Assembly (NCBI GenBank): GCA_963823665.1
Contig: CAWGMQ010000006.1
Location: 1,248,001-1,312,000 of the forward strand
Length of the DNA stretch: 64,000 nt
Direction: 5' to 3'
From: an uncultured Planctomycetota bacterium
Lineage (GTDB): Bacteria > Planctomycetota > Planctomycetia > Isosphaerales > Isosphaeraceae
The translations under genes and the position numbers were made by a program. The notes beneath the pieces are model-generated. The model was not told the DNA's origin. It made no database searches and saw only the letters and a program-made list of their open reading frames with translations. Of this stretch, positions 11,660-21,845 are shown in pieces (positions within the stretch are counted from its first letter, which is position 1; each line of letters opens with the position of its first letter).

Positions 11660-11914
11660 TCACGGACTGGCCGCGACGTCCCAGGCCAGCACGGATGTAT
11701 CGGCCATGCCGCATACCAGCTTGGAGCCGTCGGGTGTGAACGTCAAGGCCGGGGTGCGAATTGCGGGGGTCTCGATCGTGCCCTCGAAAGCGGTCTCGTC
11801 GCGGTGCGAGAACAATCGCTCCAGCAACTCGCCCTTGCCGAGGCCGGAGAGGGTTCCGACGCCGAAGAGGGTGCGTAGGTGACTGAAGAGCGTGGGTGGT
11901 GGTACTGAGGTCAT
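11660..11914 (-). pseudogene. Internally deleted ECF-sigma/WD40 mini-gene
   Basis: N-part resembles 16759-17034 (LFGVGTLSGLG.GELL.R); C-part resembles 15024-15143 (TIETPAIRTPALTFTPDGS..CGMADTSV). Confidence 0.8.
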
Positions 11915-11946
11915 CGAATGCCCCTGCTGATTCGGACAGTACAGTG

Positions 11947-11974
11947 TTATACTGCATGTTGAGGAGCTACGGAT
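11947..11974 (-). promoter_or_regulatory. Putative promoter motif ATCC-N14-TGCAGTATAA (copy 1)
   Basis: Same motif and spacing at 17066-17093 upstream of the paralogous sigma gene, with a divergent spacer. Confidence 0.55.
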
Positions 11975-12100
11975 TGGACTTTTATCGGACCACCAAATCG
12001 AATCGACGGTTCGATTGCGTAAGGGACACTCGGCGTTGCCGACTCGCAACGATGTGCGATACGATGTTGGCGAACCCTCGATCGTGGGAGCCACTCGCGC

Positions 12101-12346
12101 ATGAGGCCTCAGGATATTCTCGAACATCTGCGCGTGCAGCCATTTCGGCCCATTCGCGTGACGTTGACGGACGGGCGAACCTATGACGTGGTTCATCCCG
12201 AGCTAGCGATGGTCGGGCACGATACGGTGTTAATCGGAGTGCCGCGACCCAATGCGCGCCAGCCGGTGTACGATCGGGCGGTTACGGTTTCGCTGCAGCA
12301 CATCATGCAAATCGACCCGATTGCACCGGTGTCGGCGCAAGGATGA
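12101..12346 (+). CDS. Small conserved hypothetical protein (PFRP...DGR.Y.V.HPE type)
   Basis: GGGAG RBS-like sequence; 81-aa ORF with a motif recognisable from planctomycete genomes. Confidence 0.75.
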   Translation: MRPQDILEHLRVQPFRPIRVTLTDGRTYDVVHPELAMVGHDTVLIGVPRPNARQPVYDRAVTVSLQHIMQIDPIAPVSAQG

Positions 12347-12574
12347 GCGAGAAACCCGGCTTCGCGGACGCAGATGCGACCCTCGCCATTCGGATCACGG
12401 CTTTGCCGTGAGATCCCTATGATCCCTCATGTGCGGAGGGGATCGGCGTCGAGCGCTTCCGTGCGAGTGTCGACCTGGACGAGTTCGGCACTGATTGCGA
12501 AGGCCGAATCTGAGAGAATGGATACTTCCGGGCTCCGGCGCGCCTGAGCTCGCGCGGATGGCGGCTATTACTGT

Positions 12575-13144
12575 ATGAGGTACGTCGTGGACGAGTTGAT
12601 CATGGCTTCGGATCGCTATCGCTCGTACCTGCGGCTGCTGGCCGAGGCTCAGCTCGGCAGGGGCCGACGGACGGGAATCGAGCCGTCGGACATTGTTCAA
12701 CAGACCCTGCTGGACGCACATAAGGACCGCGATCGCTTCCGGGGTCGTAGCGAAGCCGAACGTCTCGGATGGATCCGTCGCTTGCTGGCGTGCAACCTTG
12801 CCGACGCGGCCCGCGCCCTGGCTCGCGCCAAGCGGGATGATGCCCGGGTGCGATCGCTCGAAGAGGCTCTCGACGAATCCTCGGCCCGTCTGGAGCATTG
12901 GCTGGCCGCCGACCAGTCGTCCCCCTCCGAGCAGGCCGAGCGCAACGAGTCACTCGTCCGCCTCGCCGATGCCCTGGGCCATCTGCCCGAGGACAACCGC
13001 CGGGCCCTGGTGATGCGGCACTGCCAGGGATCGAGCCTCGCCGAGATCAGCGCCGAACTCGGACGCACGCCGCAGGCCATCGCCGGCCTGCTCAAGCGAG
13101 GCCTGGCGCAGTTGCGAGATCTAATACCAGGCGATGGGGAGTGA
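12575..13144 (+). CDS. ECF sigma-70 factor
   Basis: YRSYLRLLAEAQL, SDIVQQTLLDA, LPEDNRRALVMRH, AIAGLLKRGL. Confidence 0.9.
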   Translation: MRYVVDELIMASDRYRSYLRLLAEAQLGRGRRTGIEPSDIVQQTLLDAHKDRDRFRGRSEAERLGWIRRLLACNLADAARALARAKRDDARVRSLEEALDESSARLEHWLAADQSSPSEQAERNESLVRLADALGHLPEDNRRALVMRHCQGSSLAEISAELGRTPQAIAGLLKRGLAQLRDLIPGDGE

Positions 13145-13149
13145 GTGCC

Positions 13150-14796
13150 ATGGACGACGAGGATCGCGAGCAGAGGCTCGATCAGGTGATTGCCGACTAC
13201 CTCGCCGTCCAGGACGCCGGCATTGCCCCGGCCCGTGACGCGCTCCTGGCCGTCCATCCCGACCTGGCCGAAGACCTACGGTCGTTCTTCCGCGAGAACG
13301 ACCGCCTCGCGCGGCTAGCGGCACCGCTCCGAGCCGGCGTCGAGCCGACTTCGTCGAGAGAGTCCGAATCGACCCTGGGCTCAACCATCTCGTCGTCGAG
13401 CCCATTCCAAGGAACGATCGACGACGACGCGGAGCGCAGGGCGCAGACGACACTCGAAGGCACGATGGTCGCGCCGCCCGGCGGGAACGGTGCTCCCATG
13501 ACACGCGGATCCACCGTTCGCTACTTCGGTGATTACGAGATCCAGAAAGAGGTGGGTCGCGGCGGCATGGGCGTCGTCTACAAGGCCCGCCAGGTCAGCC
13601 TCAACCGGCCAGTCGCACTCAAGATGATCAAGGCGGGCGTGCTCGCAGACGATGCCGAGCTGCGCCGATTCCACAACGAGGCCAAGGCCGTCGCGCTGCT
13701 CGACCACCCCGGCATCGTTTCGGTCTACGAGGTCGGCGAGCACGACGGCCAGTGTTACTTGAGCATGAAGCTCATCGACGGCGGCAATCTCGGCGATCAG
13801 ATCGCCTCGTTCCGGGACAATCCCCGGGCCGTCGTGACCATGATGATCGAGGCGGCAGTAGCCGTTCAACACGCCCACATGCGGGGCATTCTCCATCGCG
13901 ACTTGAAGCCTGCGAACATCCTCATCGACGCGGTGGGTCACCTGCACATCACCGACTTCGGCCTGGCCAAATTGATGGAATCCGACGTGGACGTGACGGC
14001 CAGCGGCGCGATCATCGGCACGCCGGCCTACATGAGCCCCGAGCAGGCCGCCGGCCACCGCGGGAGGATGTCCCTGGCGACCGATGTTTACGGCCTGGGC
14101 GCGATCTTCTACGCCCTGTTGACGGGCAAGTCTCCGTTTGGCGGCGACAGCGTGATCGAGACGCTCGAGGCCGTGCGGAACCGTCCGCCGGAAGTGCCGA
14201 GCAAGCGAAACGCCAGGATTCCGCGCGACCTGGAGTTGATCTGCCTGAAGTGCCTGGAGAAGAACCCAGCCGATCGCTACCCCACGGCCGGAGCGCTCGT
14301 GGACGACCTGCGGCGATGGGCGGCCGGCGAGCCGGTGAGCGTCCGCGCGGCCGGCATCGCCGAGCGGGTAGCGAAATGGGCGCGGCGGAAGCCGACGCTG
14401 GCCGCCGCGTACACCCTCGGGTTGCTATCGCTGCTGTTCGGCGGGCTGGGCGGCGCGGCCGTGTGGCAGTGGCGTGCCGCCGCACGGGCGCGTGATGTTG
14501 CTGCGACGGCCAAAGAGGCCACTGGACGACTCAACGTCCAGCTCCGTCGTGCCCTCGATGAGCAGAAGCAACTGGTCGACCAGCTCAAGCAGCTCTCCAA
14601 CGAAAAGACCACCGTGGCCGAACGCGCCGAGACGGCCCGGGATAGCCTGGTTGCGATGATCAACGACCTCATCAACCAGGTAGCCTCGGATCCGAATCGC
14701 TCGCTGTCGGAAGCAGTGCTGACACGCAAGCTGAGCGAGCTCAGCGAGAAAACGAAGATCGAATTCGATCGAGTGTTCGCTATGATTGGCGATTAG
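13150..14796 (+). CDS. Membrane Ser/Thr protein kinase with short coiled-coil C-terminus
   Basis: [36 protein letters not shown] segment; directly follows the sigma gene. Confidence 0.9.
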   Translation: MDDEDREQRLDQVIADYLAVQDAGIAPARDALLAVHPDLAEDLRSFFRENDRLARLAAPLRAGVEPTSSRESESTLGSTISSSSPFQGTIDDDAERRAQTTLEGTMVAPPGGNGAPMTRGSTVRYFGDYEIQKEVGRGGMGVVYKARQVSLNRPVALKMIKAGVLADDAELRRFHNEAKAVALLDHPGIVSVYEVGEHDGQCYLSMKLIDGGNLGDQIASFRDNPRAVVTMMIEAAVAVQHAHMRGILHRDLKPANILIDAVGHLHITDFGLAKLMESDVDVTASGAIIGTPAYMSPEQAAGHRGRMSLATDVYGLGAIFYALLTGKSPFGGDSVIETLEAVRNRPPEVPSKRNARIPRDLELICLKCLEKNPADRYPTAGALVDDLRRWAAGEPVSVRAAGIAERVAKWARRKPTLAAAYTLGLLSLLFGGLGGAAVWQWRAAARARDVAATAKEATGRLNVQLRRALDEQKQLVDQLKQLSNEKTTVAERAETARDSLVAMINDLINQVASDPNRSLSEAVLTRKLSELSEKTKIEFDRVFAMIGD

Positions 14797-14873
14797 TGCG
14801 CGATCCGGGCCGGTGAATCGGAATTCCTTTGGGGGCCTGGCGCCTTGGTTGGATGGCGACGGGATTGGTGCGG

Positions 14874-14923
14874 GATCGGGCTTACGACCGAGGTTGGAGG
14901 ACTTGCGTCCCGTCCGAACCACG
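14874..14923. repeat. 50-bp dispersed repeat (second copy 36981-37030)
   Basis: GATCGGGCTTACGACCGAGGTTGGAGGACTTGCGTCCCGTCCGAACCACG vs GATCGGGCTTACGCCCAAGGTTGGAGGACGTTCGTCCCGTCCGAACCACG. Confidence 0.8.
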
Positions 14924-15023
14924 GTCCACGACCATGGTCAGTGGATTCGCAGGCCCCCGTGTTCGATCGAAAAGTTGCAGAAAGTCGCGGTTTGGTGGCG
15001 CCTGGCGGGGTCGATCGCTCGCG

Positions 15024-17034
15024 TCAGAGCTGCGGCTGGAGATCCCACACCGGGACGGACGTATCGGCCATGCCGCAGATGAGCTGGGAACCGTCGGGTG
15101 TGAACGTCAAGGCTGGGGTGCGAATCGCGGGGGTCTCGATCGTGCGAAATTCCTTGCCGGTGGCGACTTCGTAGAGGTGGATCTGGCCGGTTTCCCAGCC
15201 GGTGGTGGCGGCCAAGGTTTTGCTGTCGGGGGAGAAGGCGAGGGACCAGACGTCTGAGGCAGCGACCTCCATTCGATGTATTTCGCGGGAGGTGCCGGCG
15301 CCGACGAGGACGATCGTTGCGCTTGTCTTCACGAAATCCCTCTGTCTGTCATTATCCACTCTCCTAGAAGTGTCGTGCATACCATTTCTTGTGACCGCGA
15401 GGGTTCTTTCGTCGGCCGAGACGGCCACCAGCTTCGCTTCGCGAACATGACCGGTTGCCTTGCCGCTGGCGACGTCGACGACATGCAGTACGCTACCGGA
15501 TGCGGTCAGGGCCAGCATGCGGCCACCGGCGAAGAACGTAGCCGCGGTTAACATCTCCTTCATGGGGTGGTCGGGCTCGACCCGTTCTAGAAGCGATTCC
15601 AGCGAGATCTCCACCTCGATCCGGCGATCCTTTGAGCTCCACCGACGGAGTATTCCGTCTTCGCTGAGTGCCAGGATCGATCGGTCCTGGTCTGTGTACG
15701 CCAGCGCGCGCATCCTGCCGGATCCACTCGGAAAGGCCGTCGAATTCCCTTGTACGATATCCCAGGCGTGGACCACTGATCCGTCGCCCATCGCCGCGAC
15801 GAGCGACCGATCATCTCGCGAGAGCACAATCGTGGCTGGGAGATCGAAGAGGGCTGACGGTTCGTCCAGCAACACCCTGAGCTGGCGGCCCGTCGCCATG
15901 CTCCAGATGCGGACCGTGCCGTCCGCGCTGGCTGTGACCAGTGCTTCGCGATCGTGCTTGACGACGGCGGCACTAACCCGTCGCGCATGTGCTTCGGCTG
16001 GGAGAAGCAAATCGCGGCCGGAGGAAATCTCCCATAAATGCAGCACGTTCGGGCCCCCGCTCGCGGCGATGGTACGACCGCCGTTTGAGAATGCGAGCGA
16101 TCCGTCAAGGTAGCAGGAAGTCTTGAGACAATAGCGTTCTGGACGCCGGTCGTCGCGGCAATCATCCGCAATCCACCCCCGAGGTTACCGATCGCGAGCA
16201 ACTGCCGGTCGGCGTCGAGGGCAACTTTGGGGAATCCCACTCCCTCCTCCCAGGAAGCTCGTGACAATTCTCGGCCGGTCGCGAGCTCGTGGGAGGCGAC
16301 CTGCCGGAAGAGTCCTTTGCCCTCGACCCAGTTAAATCCGGTTGCCACAACGGTCTTCCCGTCCGAGGAAAGTGTAAAGTCAGTGAGCGCGTCGATGCCG
16401 ACAGCGATTTTGCGAAGAAGCTTACCGTCGTGGCCATCCCAGACGCGAAGGTAGCTATCATCGCCATCCGTGACGATGAATTTGTCATCCCGCGTGAACG
16501 CGATTCGGTAGATCGGCGCCTCTTGGCGATGTCGGATCGTTCCGAAGCGCATGGCGGCGCCTGCCGGTAGCGGGTCGCCATAGAGATCGAGCCTGGGCGG
16601 GGTTGCTGTTGGTGTGACTTGTGCAACGGGATCGGGGTGGCCCGCGTCGCGCACGCGCCCGGTTTGAGCGAGGACCAGAGCGGTTGACGCGCCGACCAGT
16701 ATGCCAACGACGGCCAAAACCACCGCGATCGATTTCATGTGGGCTAATCGCATCGTGCTCAAGACTTTCGATCGCGGAGCGATGCCGCCTTCCGAACCAA
16801 GATCAAGAAAACGGCTTGAAAGGCGTCATCGACGTCGTGCGGATCGGCAAGCCAGCGGCGGCAGATACCGAGGACCATGGGGCCATGGCGTGCCAGGATT
16901 TCTCCGAAGGCTGTCTCGTCGCGGTGGGAGATGAAGCGGTCGAGAAGCTCGCCCTCGCCGAGGCCGGAAAGCGTGCCGACGCCGAAAAGCGTTTTCAAGT
17001 GGCCGACGAGGGTGGGTGATCGCATCTGGGGCAT
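15024..17034 (-). pseudogene. ECF sigma-TM-WD40 fusion gene with internal deletions (breaks near 16760 and 16110)
   Basis: Sigma region 2 start (RHGPMVLGICRR...DAFQAVFLILVRKA) stops at LRDRKS; then TM, DLYGDPLP.GA..RFGT.R.R and WD40 repeats in shifted frames. Confidence 0.8.
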
Positions 17035-17065
17035 CTTGCGCGGCTCCTGAATCAGTCGCTCACTC

Positions 17066-17093
17066 TTATACTGCACGGTGGGGGGCGGTGGAT
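17066..17093 (-). promoter_or_regulatory. Putative promoter motif ATCC-N14-TGCAGTATAA (copy 2)
   Basis: Matches 11947-11974. Confidence 0.55.
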
Positions 17094-17215
17094 CGATTTT
17101 TCTTTTGGGCGCCAGGCTCCTCTCGAGAAATCGGGACCTTTTGGCCCTTCGCGCGCCTCAATAGAGGTAGGATACGAGAAGTGAAACCCCGCTCGACGAA
17201 CCGGCGAGGGAGCTT

Positions 17216-19841
17216 ATGCCCGGCACAAACGAGGCCCGCACCTTCGGCAAGCAGATCGGGATGCTCTTTGACCTGGGTGCCCTCGGGGCCATGCCGGATC
17301 GGGGGCTGCTCGAGCTGTTTGCCCGCGGCGGAGAGGCGTCGGAGGTGGCTTTTGCCACCCTGGTTGAGCGGCATGGGCCGATGGTGCTTCGCGTCTGCCG
17401 GCATGTGCTGGCGGATGGGCACCTCGCCGAGGATGCCTTTCAGGTCACGTTCTTGCTGCTGGCGCGGCGGGCGCGATCGATTCATGACCCTGATGCACTG
17501 GCGGGGTGGCTGCATCGGGTGGGACGGAGGGTTGCGCTGCGGGCCCGGGCCGGCATCCATCGGCGATTTGACCGGGAAGCCCCGCAGAATGGCGACGTGG
17601 ATGTGGCCGTTGCCGCCGTTGATACGCTGGAACGCGACGAGCTCTGCGCGGTGGTGCACGATGAAATCGATCGGCTGGCTGATGCGCAGCGGTTGCCGAT
17701 CTTGCTGTGCGCGCTCGAGGGCCTCTCGCACGAGGAGGCGGCGCACCAGCTTGGTTGGCCGCTGGGGACGATCAAAAGCCGGCTGGTGCGCGGGCGGAAA
17801 CGGCTGGAAGGGCGGCTGGCGCGGCGCGGGCTGGCGCCGGAACACTCGCGTGTTCGCGGCATCGATGATCTGCGTGCCCATGTCATGCCGGTGCCGCTAG
17901 TGCTCGCTCTGGCCACGACGCGGGCTGCGGTTCAATCTTGCCCCGGCGCGGTAACCGCCGGAGGCACAGTTTCACCGTCGATCACATTGCTGCTTCAGAA
18001 GGAGCTCACGGCCATGCTTCTGGCGAAGATCAAGCTGGCCGCGGGTGCGGTGCTCGCGGGTGCGGCGGCCATCTTGATCGGGATCACGATGGCCGGACCG
18101 CTTTTCGGGCGGGGGCAGGAATTGTTGCCGCTTGCCGGCACAGCCGGATCTCGGAAGGCCGTCGCGAGGTCGGCGCCGGGGCGCCTCCGACGGGTGGCGT
18201 CGCCCGGAACTCGCAGGCCCGTCCCCCTGAAGCTCAACGAATGCCGATGGTCGCTCGCGAGCATGTTCTGTCCCCGTTCGGCAAAGACGTGTTTCGCTCG
18301 ATTCACGGCGGGGTCGAGTTCCTGCTATCCCGGCAACTGCCGGACGGCTCCTGGGCCGATGTCGAACAGGATGCGAAGACGGGGATGACCAGTCTGGTCG
18401 TGCTGGCTCTCTTCGCCGCGGGCGAGAGAGTGGGCTCGCCGGCGATCGACAACGCGCTCGAGTTCCTGCGCCGCTTCGGGCCCGGTGATCTCCACAGCAC
18501 CTATGCGATCTCACTGCAAACGATGGCGCTCGCGGCTGCCGGTGATGAGCGGGACGGGTTTCGGATCGCTGAGAGTGTCCGCTGGCTGGAGCGAGCGCAG
18601 ATCAAGGTGGGTGACCCTCAGCCGTGGGCCGGCTCCTGGAGCTATTCAATTTCGAGTATCCGCCGGCCCGGCGACAATTCAAACTCGCAGTACGCGTTGC
18701 TCGGGCTTGCGGCCGCCGGCGAGGCGAGCGTGCAGGTCGACCCATCTGTCTGGCTCCTCGCTCGTGCCTACTGGGAGCGTTGCCAGCAACGGGACGGGAG
18801 CTGGACTTATACGCCTGAAGCGAGGGCGAGCACCGCGAGCATGACGTGCGCGGGGATCTCGAGCCTGGCGGCGTCGCGGCCTCGAAGCGGGAGCTGGGAA
18901 GGTCAAGAGGTTCTCAAGGATGATGCGATTCACAATTGCGGCAGTGGCCAAGCAGACTCTCAATTGCAGAGAGGCATCGACTGGTTGGGCACGCACTTCA
19001 GGGTCGACGAGAACTCAGGCAGTGGTAAACAGTGGAGGTTCTACTATCTGTATGGTCTGGAGCGCGCGGGCGCCTGACGGGCAGCCGGTTCTTCGGCGAG
19101 CAGGACTGGTTTCGCGTGGGGGCCGAGGCGCTGATGCACCAGCAGGTGAAGCAATCGGGGGCGTGGGGCGGCATGCTGGTCGAAAGCGACAAGGTGCTGG
19201 CGACCAGCTTCGCGTTGCTGTTTCTCGGCAAGGGCCGCGCGCCTGTCCTGATCAACAAGCTCCGCCACGGCCCCTCCGGCGATTGGAACAAAGATCTGGA
19301 CGACGTCGGAAATCTGGTCGGAGCCGTCTCGAAGGACTGGAAGACGCTTCTCACCTGGCAGTCCGTAGACTCGACGAAGGCGACAGTTGCCGATCTGCTG
19401 CGAGCGCCGATCCTCTTCATGAATGGTCACAAAGCCCCGGAGCTTGCGCCAGCCGAACGTCAGAAGCTGCGAGCCTACGTCGAACAGGGAGGGGTCATCT
19501 TCGCCGAAGCGTGCTGCGGCAGCGCCGAGTTTGACAAGGGCTTCCGTCGCTTGTTGAAGGAGTTGTTCCCCGAGCAGGAAGCGGCGTTGCGGCCCCTGCC
19601 CGACGATCACCCGATCTGGCGGTCGAGGCATCGGCTTGATCCGAAGGCGCATCCGATGCTGGGCATCCCGCGCGGATTCCGGACCGCGGTGATCTACTCG
19701 CCGAAGGATCTCTCCTGCTACTGGAACCAGGCGGAGCGCGTGCGGGGGAACCCGGCGGTCATCCAGGCCGTCAAAGTGGGTGAGAACGTCGTCGATTATG
19801 TGACGGGCCGCGTCGTGCCGCCGGATAAGCTTTCGGAGTGA
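17216..19841 (+). CDS. ECF sigma factor fused through a TM segment to prenyltransferase/squalene-cyclase-like repeats and a DUF4159-like domain (frameshifts near 18181 and 19070)
   Basis: RHGPMVLRVCR, LGWPLGTIKSRLVRGR; then LSRQLPDGSW, GDNSNSQYALLGL, QQRDGSWTY, YYLYGLERAG; then LRAYVEQGGVIFAEACC, VIYSPKDLSCYW. Confidence 0.8.
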
Positions 19842-19906
19842 AAGCAGGGGAGAATGGCTCCGTTCAATTGATCGAGCTGGTGCGTCCGAAGTCGAGGACA
19901 CCGGCC

Positions 19907-20079
19907 GAGCCAGTGCCACGTGCCACCCAACCGGCAACTTCGGCGGACGGCACACGGAGTGTGCCTGCTACACCAGAACAGTTGCGGAGCCAGTGCCACG
20001 TGCCACGCAACCGGCAACTTCGGCGGACGGCACACGGACTGTGCCTGCTACACCAGAACAGTTGCGGAGCCAGTGCCAC
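19907..20079. repeat. 80-bp tandem duplication (~2.2 units) containing REP-like GGCACACGGAGTGTGCCTGCTAC and GAGCCAGTGCCAC
   Basis: Units start at 19907, 19987 and 20067; the two full units differ at two positions. Confidence 0.9.
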
Positions 20080-20189
20080 CCGGTCCGGTACTTGCGATGA
20101 GGCGGGATTCATCGGAGGAATTGCGCGGCGGGCATCGCGCGATGGCCGAGGCTCGGCACCAACATTTCACAAATGTCCGAAGATTCTCG

Positions 20190-20217
20190 TTGACAGCGTC
20201 GCGGGACACAGGATACT
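20190..20217 (+). promoter_or_regulatory. Putative sigma70 promoter TTGACA-N16-GATACT
   Basis: Consensus -35 and near-consensus -10 just upstream of a GGAGG RBS and ATG 20239. Confidence 0.5.
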
Positions 20218-20238
20218 CAGTTATTGGAGGCCACAACC

Positions 20239-21834
20239 ATGCAAATCGCCAAGGCCTGGATTGCAATCGTATTCATGGTCGCGGCGGCGCGGGCCGATGG
20301 GCCTGCTCAGAGCCGCGGCGAGCAAGCAGACTCAGTCGACCCGGCAAGGTACGCGAGCGATGCTCGAGCACTGACCGCGCGGATCGACGGCGTGCTCGCG
20401 GCCCGCTGGGCGGCGGCCAAGATCAAGCCGGCGGCCATCGCCGATGATGGAGAATTCCTCCGGCGCGTCAGCCTCGATCTGATCGGCAAAATCCCTACGG
20501 CCGCCGAGGCCCGTGATTTCCTGGACGATCCGGGCAACGACAAGCGCCTGGCTCTGGTCGAGCGGTTGCTCGATAGCCCGGCCTACACCAGTCGTGCCAC
20601 GGAGATCTGGCGCAAGCTCCTTCTGCCCGAGGCCGACACGGACGACCAGGCACGGGCCGTGGCGGGGAGCTTCGAGGCCTGGCTGCGCAAGAAAGTGATC
20701 GAAGAAGCCGGGTATGACAAGATCGTGCGCGAGATCCTGACGGCCAAGGTCGCCAGCCCAGACCCGCAAGTGCCGGTTTTCAGGGTGGATCCGTCGCCAG
20801 CGGTCTATTTTGTCGCGAAAGATCGCAAGCCCGAGAATATCGCCTCGGGTGTGGCGAGCGTGTTCCTCGGTCTCAAGCTGGAATGCGCTCAATGCCATAA
20901 ACACCCGTTCGCAAGCTGGACGCGCGAGCAATTCTGGAGCCTCGCCGCATTTTTCGCGGCAATGCCGGCTGAGTCGCCCGAGAACGGCGGGATGATGCAG
21001 CGCGGACGCGATGCCAAGCCGCTCAGGGAGCTGACGATTCCCGGAACGAAGCAGGTTGTGAAGGCCACTCATCTTGACGGCTCGACGCCGGCGTGGCGCC
21101 CGCGGGCCGACACGCGCGAGACTCTGGCCGACTGGGTTACCTCACCGGACAACCCGTATTTCGCGCGAGCGGTCGTGAACCGGGTCTGGGCGAGGTTGTT
21201 CGGCTTGGGCCTGATCGAGCCGGCCGATGACCTGGAGAGTGACGCTGATCCCGAGTTGAGCCGGCTGCTCGACGTGCTGGCGGGCCAGTTCCGGTCCCAC
21301 GGCTACAACCTGAAGTTCCTGATCCGCGTGCTGACGGCGACACGGGCCTACAACCTTTCGAGCGTTGCGGCGGGCCAGAGCGAAACGGTCGGGGCGATGT
21401 TCGCATCGATGCCCGTGCGCGGGCTCGGCGCCGGGCAGCTCTTCGATAGTCTCACGCGGGCGACCGGCTCGGAGCAATTCGATGCGCGAGCACGGTTCCT
21501 CGAATTATTTGCCAGCCGCGAAAACCGGCCGGTGGAAGCCGAGACGACGATCATCGAGGCACTCTCGATGATGAACGGAACCTACGTCGAGGGGGCCACG
21601 AATCCGGAGACGAGCCAGGCTTTGGCCGCCATCGTCAAGGCACCGTTCCTGGACACGCCCGAACGAATCGAGACCCTCTACCTGGCGACGCTCACCCGCC
21701 GGCCGAAGCCCGAGGAGCTATCGCTACTCCAGCGCTACGTGGACAAGCGAAAGACTGCGGAAGAGAAGGAAAAAGCATTCGCCGATATCTTCTGGGCCAT
21801 CTTGAATGGCCCGGAGTTTCACCTGAACCATTAA
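20239..21834 (+). CDS. DUF1549/DUF1553 (PSCyt2/PSD1) domain protein
   Basis: DDGEFLRRVSLDLIGKIPT, LECAQCHKHP, NPYFARAVVNRVW, C-terminal EFHLNH. Confidence 0.9.
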   Translation: MQIAKAWIAIVFMVAAARADGPAQSRGEQADSVDPARYASDARALTARIDGVLAARWAAAKIKPAAIADDGEFLRRVSLDLIGKIPTAAEARDFLDDPGNDKRLALVERLLDSPAYTSRATEIWRKLLLPEADTDDQARAVAGSFEAWLRKKVIEEAGYDKIVREILTAKVASPDPQVPVFRVDPSPAVYFVAKDRKPENIASGVASVFLGLKLECAQCHKHPFASWTREQFWSLAAFFAAMPAESPENGGMMQRGRDAKPLRELTIPGTKQVVKATHLDGSTPAWRPRADTRETLADWVTSPDNPYFARAVVNRVWARLFGLGLIEPADDLESDADPELSRLLDVLAGQFRSHGYNLKFLIRVLTATRAYNLSSVAAGQSETVGAMFASMPVRGLGAGQLFDSLTRATGSEQFDARARFLELFASRENRPVEAETTIIEALSMMNGTYVEGATNPETSQALAAIVKAPFLDTPERIETLYLATLTRRPKPEELSLLQRYVDKRKTAEEKEKAFADIFWAILNGPEFHLNH

Positions 21835-21845
21835 GGGAGTGATCC

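Noticed and set aside
11660..15143. DGR template/variable-repeat pair (11690-11780 vs 15050-15143)
   Set aside because: Differences are not adenine-specific, no reverse transcriptase is present, and paralogy plus deletion explains the match.
16107..16768. CTCAAGACTT in inverted orientation at both deletion junctions of the sigma-WD40 pseudogene
   Set aside because: A 10-bp match that can be read as ordinary coding sequence (K-S-L-S) at 16760; not enough to call an inversion or IS scar.
19907..20079. Possible CRISPR mini-array
   Set aside because: The whole 80-bp units are duplicated, so there are no unique spacers, and no cas genes are present.
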